A stretch of 32,000 nt of DNA from Candidatus Methanophagaceae archaeon (lineage in GTDB: Archaea; Halobacteriota; Syntropharchaeia; Alkanophagales; Methanospirareceae). Each line of letters begins with the position of its first letter. Within the stretch, counting starts at the first letter, position 1. Where the stretch lies: the NCBI GenBank assembly GCA_003194425.1, contig PQXB01000001.1, positions 220,444 through 252,443 on the forward strand. Reading direction: 5' to 3'. The notes under the pieces are model-generated. The model had not been told where the DNA came from, searched no databases, and worked only from the letters and a program-made list of their open reading frames with translations. Shown piece by piece: positions 31,281-32,000 of this stretch. Made by a program: the position numbers and the translations under genes.

Positions 31281-31312
31281 TATTTAAAGATAAATTTATT
31301 TTAAAATTAAAA

Positions 31313-32000
31313 ATGAAAAAAATAGGAAAATTATCGGTTGTTAGTGTTCTTTGCGCGTTTGTTTTTGTGAGTGTCCTGCTACTAACTGCAGCAGTGCCAG
31401 CGTCGGCAACTTCGTCGGCAACTTCGTCGGCAACTTACCCGACGCTTCAGTACGACGCACAGCGAACTGGGAACGTGGGCGGTGCTGCACCAGAAACCGC
31501 CTCTCTGCTGTGGCAGTCGGGCGAGAAGACCGCAGGCTGCGTGCAAGCAGGTCCGGTTGTCTTGGACGGCAGGGTCTTTTTCACTACTTGGTGGTCGGGA
31601 GGAATGGGAGTTGAGGGGAACGCCAGCGACGCTCTCTACTGCCTCGACGAGGAGACGGGTGAGGAGGTTTGGAACAACACCGCAGTCTTCGGCGCTTCTA
31701 CTGCGGCGGTCGCAGCGGCAGAAGGGAAGTTGTTTGTGGGCACGCACCGCGGGAATTTCACTTGCGTTGACACCACGAGTGGCGAGATTTTGTGGAGCAG
31801 GCGGGTAGAAGAGAACCCGTCGTGGTACGGAGTTGGATCTTCTCCGCTCGTCTTTGACGGGACGGTCTTTGTGCTAACCTTCTCGGACGGCACGCTGCAC
31901 GCCTTCTCTTTCGAGGGTGCAGAACTCTGGAACTTCTCCACAGGTGAGGAAATATTTAAGTACGCGTCGCCCTCCGCTTACGAGGACAAAATCTTCTTCG
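31313..32000 (+). CDS. secreted PQQ-like beta-propeller repeat protein, C-terminus off-window
   Basis: Not in the track because it runs off the right edge. Hand translation: MKKIGKLSVVSVLCAFVFVSVLLLTAAVPASATSSATSSATYPTLQYDAQRTGN...VVLDGRVFF...LYCLDEETGEEVW...GKLFVGTHRGNFTCVDTTSGEILW...PLVFDGTVFV. Confidence 0.6.
   Translation, partial: MKKIGKLSVVSVLCAFVFVSVLLLTAAVPASATSSATSSATYPTLQYDAQRTGNVGGAAPETASLLWQSGEKTAGCVQAGPVVLDGRVFFTTWWSGGMGVEGNASDALYCLDEETGEEVWNNTAVFGASTAAVAAAEGKLFVGTHRGNFTCVDTTSGEILWSRRVEENPSWYGVGSSPLVFDGTVFVLTFSDGTLHAFSFEGAELWNFSTGEEIFKYASPSAYEDKIFF
31402..31437. repeat. 12-bp tandem repeat x3 (gtcggcaacttc)
   Basis: Encodes ATSSATSSAT right after the signal peptide. Confidence 0.9.

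Noticed and set aside
1-32000. CRISPR arrays among the many direct repeats
   Set aside because: All repeats are contiguous tandem units of 6-21 bp with no unique spacers. No repeat of about 25-37 bp alternating with spacers is present, and no cas genes were seen.
1-32000. The window being a Borg, plasmid or virus rather than chromosome
   Set aside because: It encodes two aminoacyl-tRNA synthetases, six tRNAs, Sec61-beta, ribosomal protein P1 and core cofactor biosynthesis on both strands. It is also visibly GC-rich, unlike the AT-rich, strand-polarised Borg elements. No replication, integrase, transposase or capsid genes were recognised.

Overview
This is an archaeal chromosomal segment. The evidence is class I LysRS, Sec61-beta, stalk protein P1, MptA, a CTP-type riboflavin kinase, two tRNA-Leu genes with 37/38 introns, and TATA-type promoters. 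It is gene-dense and mostly housekeeping or cofactor metabolism: ProRS, LysRS, a riboflavin module (rbkR-ribB plus the pyrimidine reductase), MptA, MetV-MetF, MoaC, H+-pyrophosphatase, agmatinase, DUF1015, sugar-nucleotide and glycosyltransferase genes, six tRNAs and a DtxR-family repressor. MetVF together with MptA suggests an H4MPT-using euryarchaeon of the ANME-1, Syntrophoarchaeales or Archaeoglobi type; this is inference only. The main anomaly is a very high density of near-perfect short tandem repeats, more than 35 loci found by hand. Inside genes every unit length is a multiple of 3, so the repeats create in-frame low-complexity inserts in conserved enzymes. Between genes, units of 14, 16 and 17 bp also occur. 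This resembles the tandem repeats described for Borg elements, but here they sit in core chromosome. Secondary leads are a DtxR-linked DUF2325 operon carrying a CX2CX2CX2C motif, a duplicated hairpin-promoter-leader cassette, an orphan ABC-ATPase TOBE remnant joined to a low-GC surface-protein gene, and a nucleotidyltransferase-PMI fusion. No CRISPR array, rRNA, transposase or integrase was seen.
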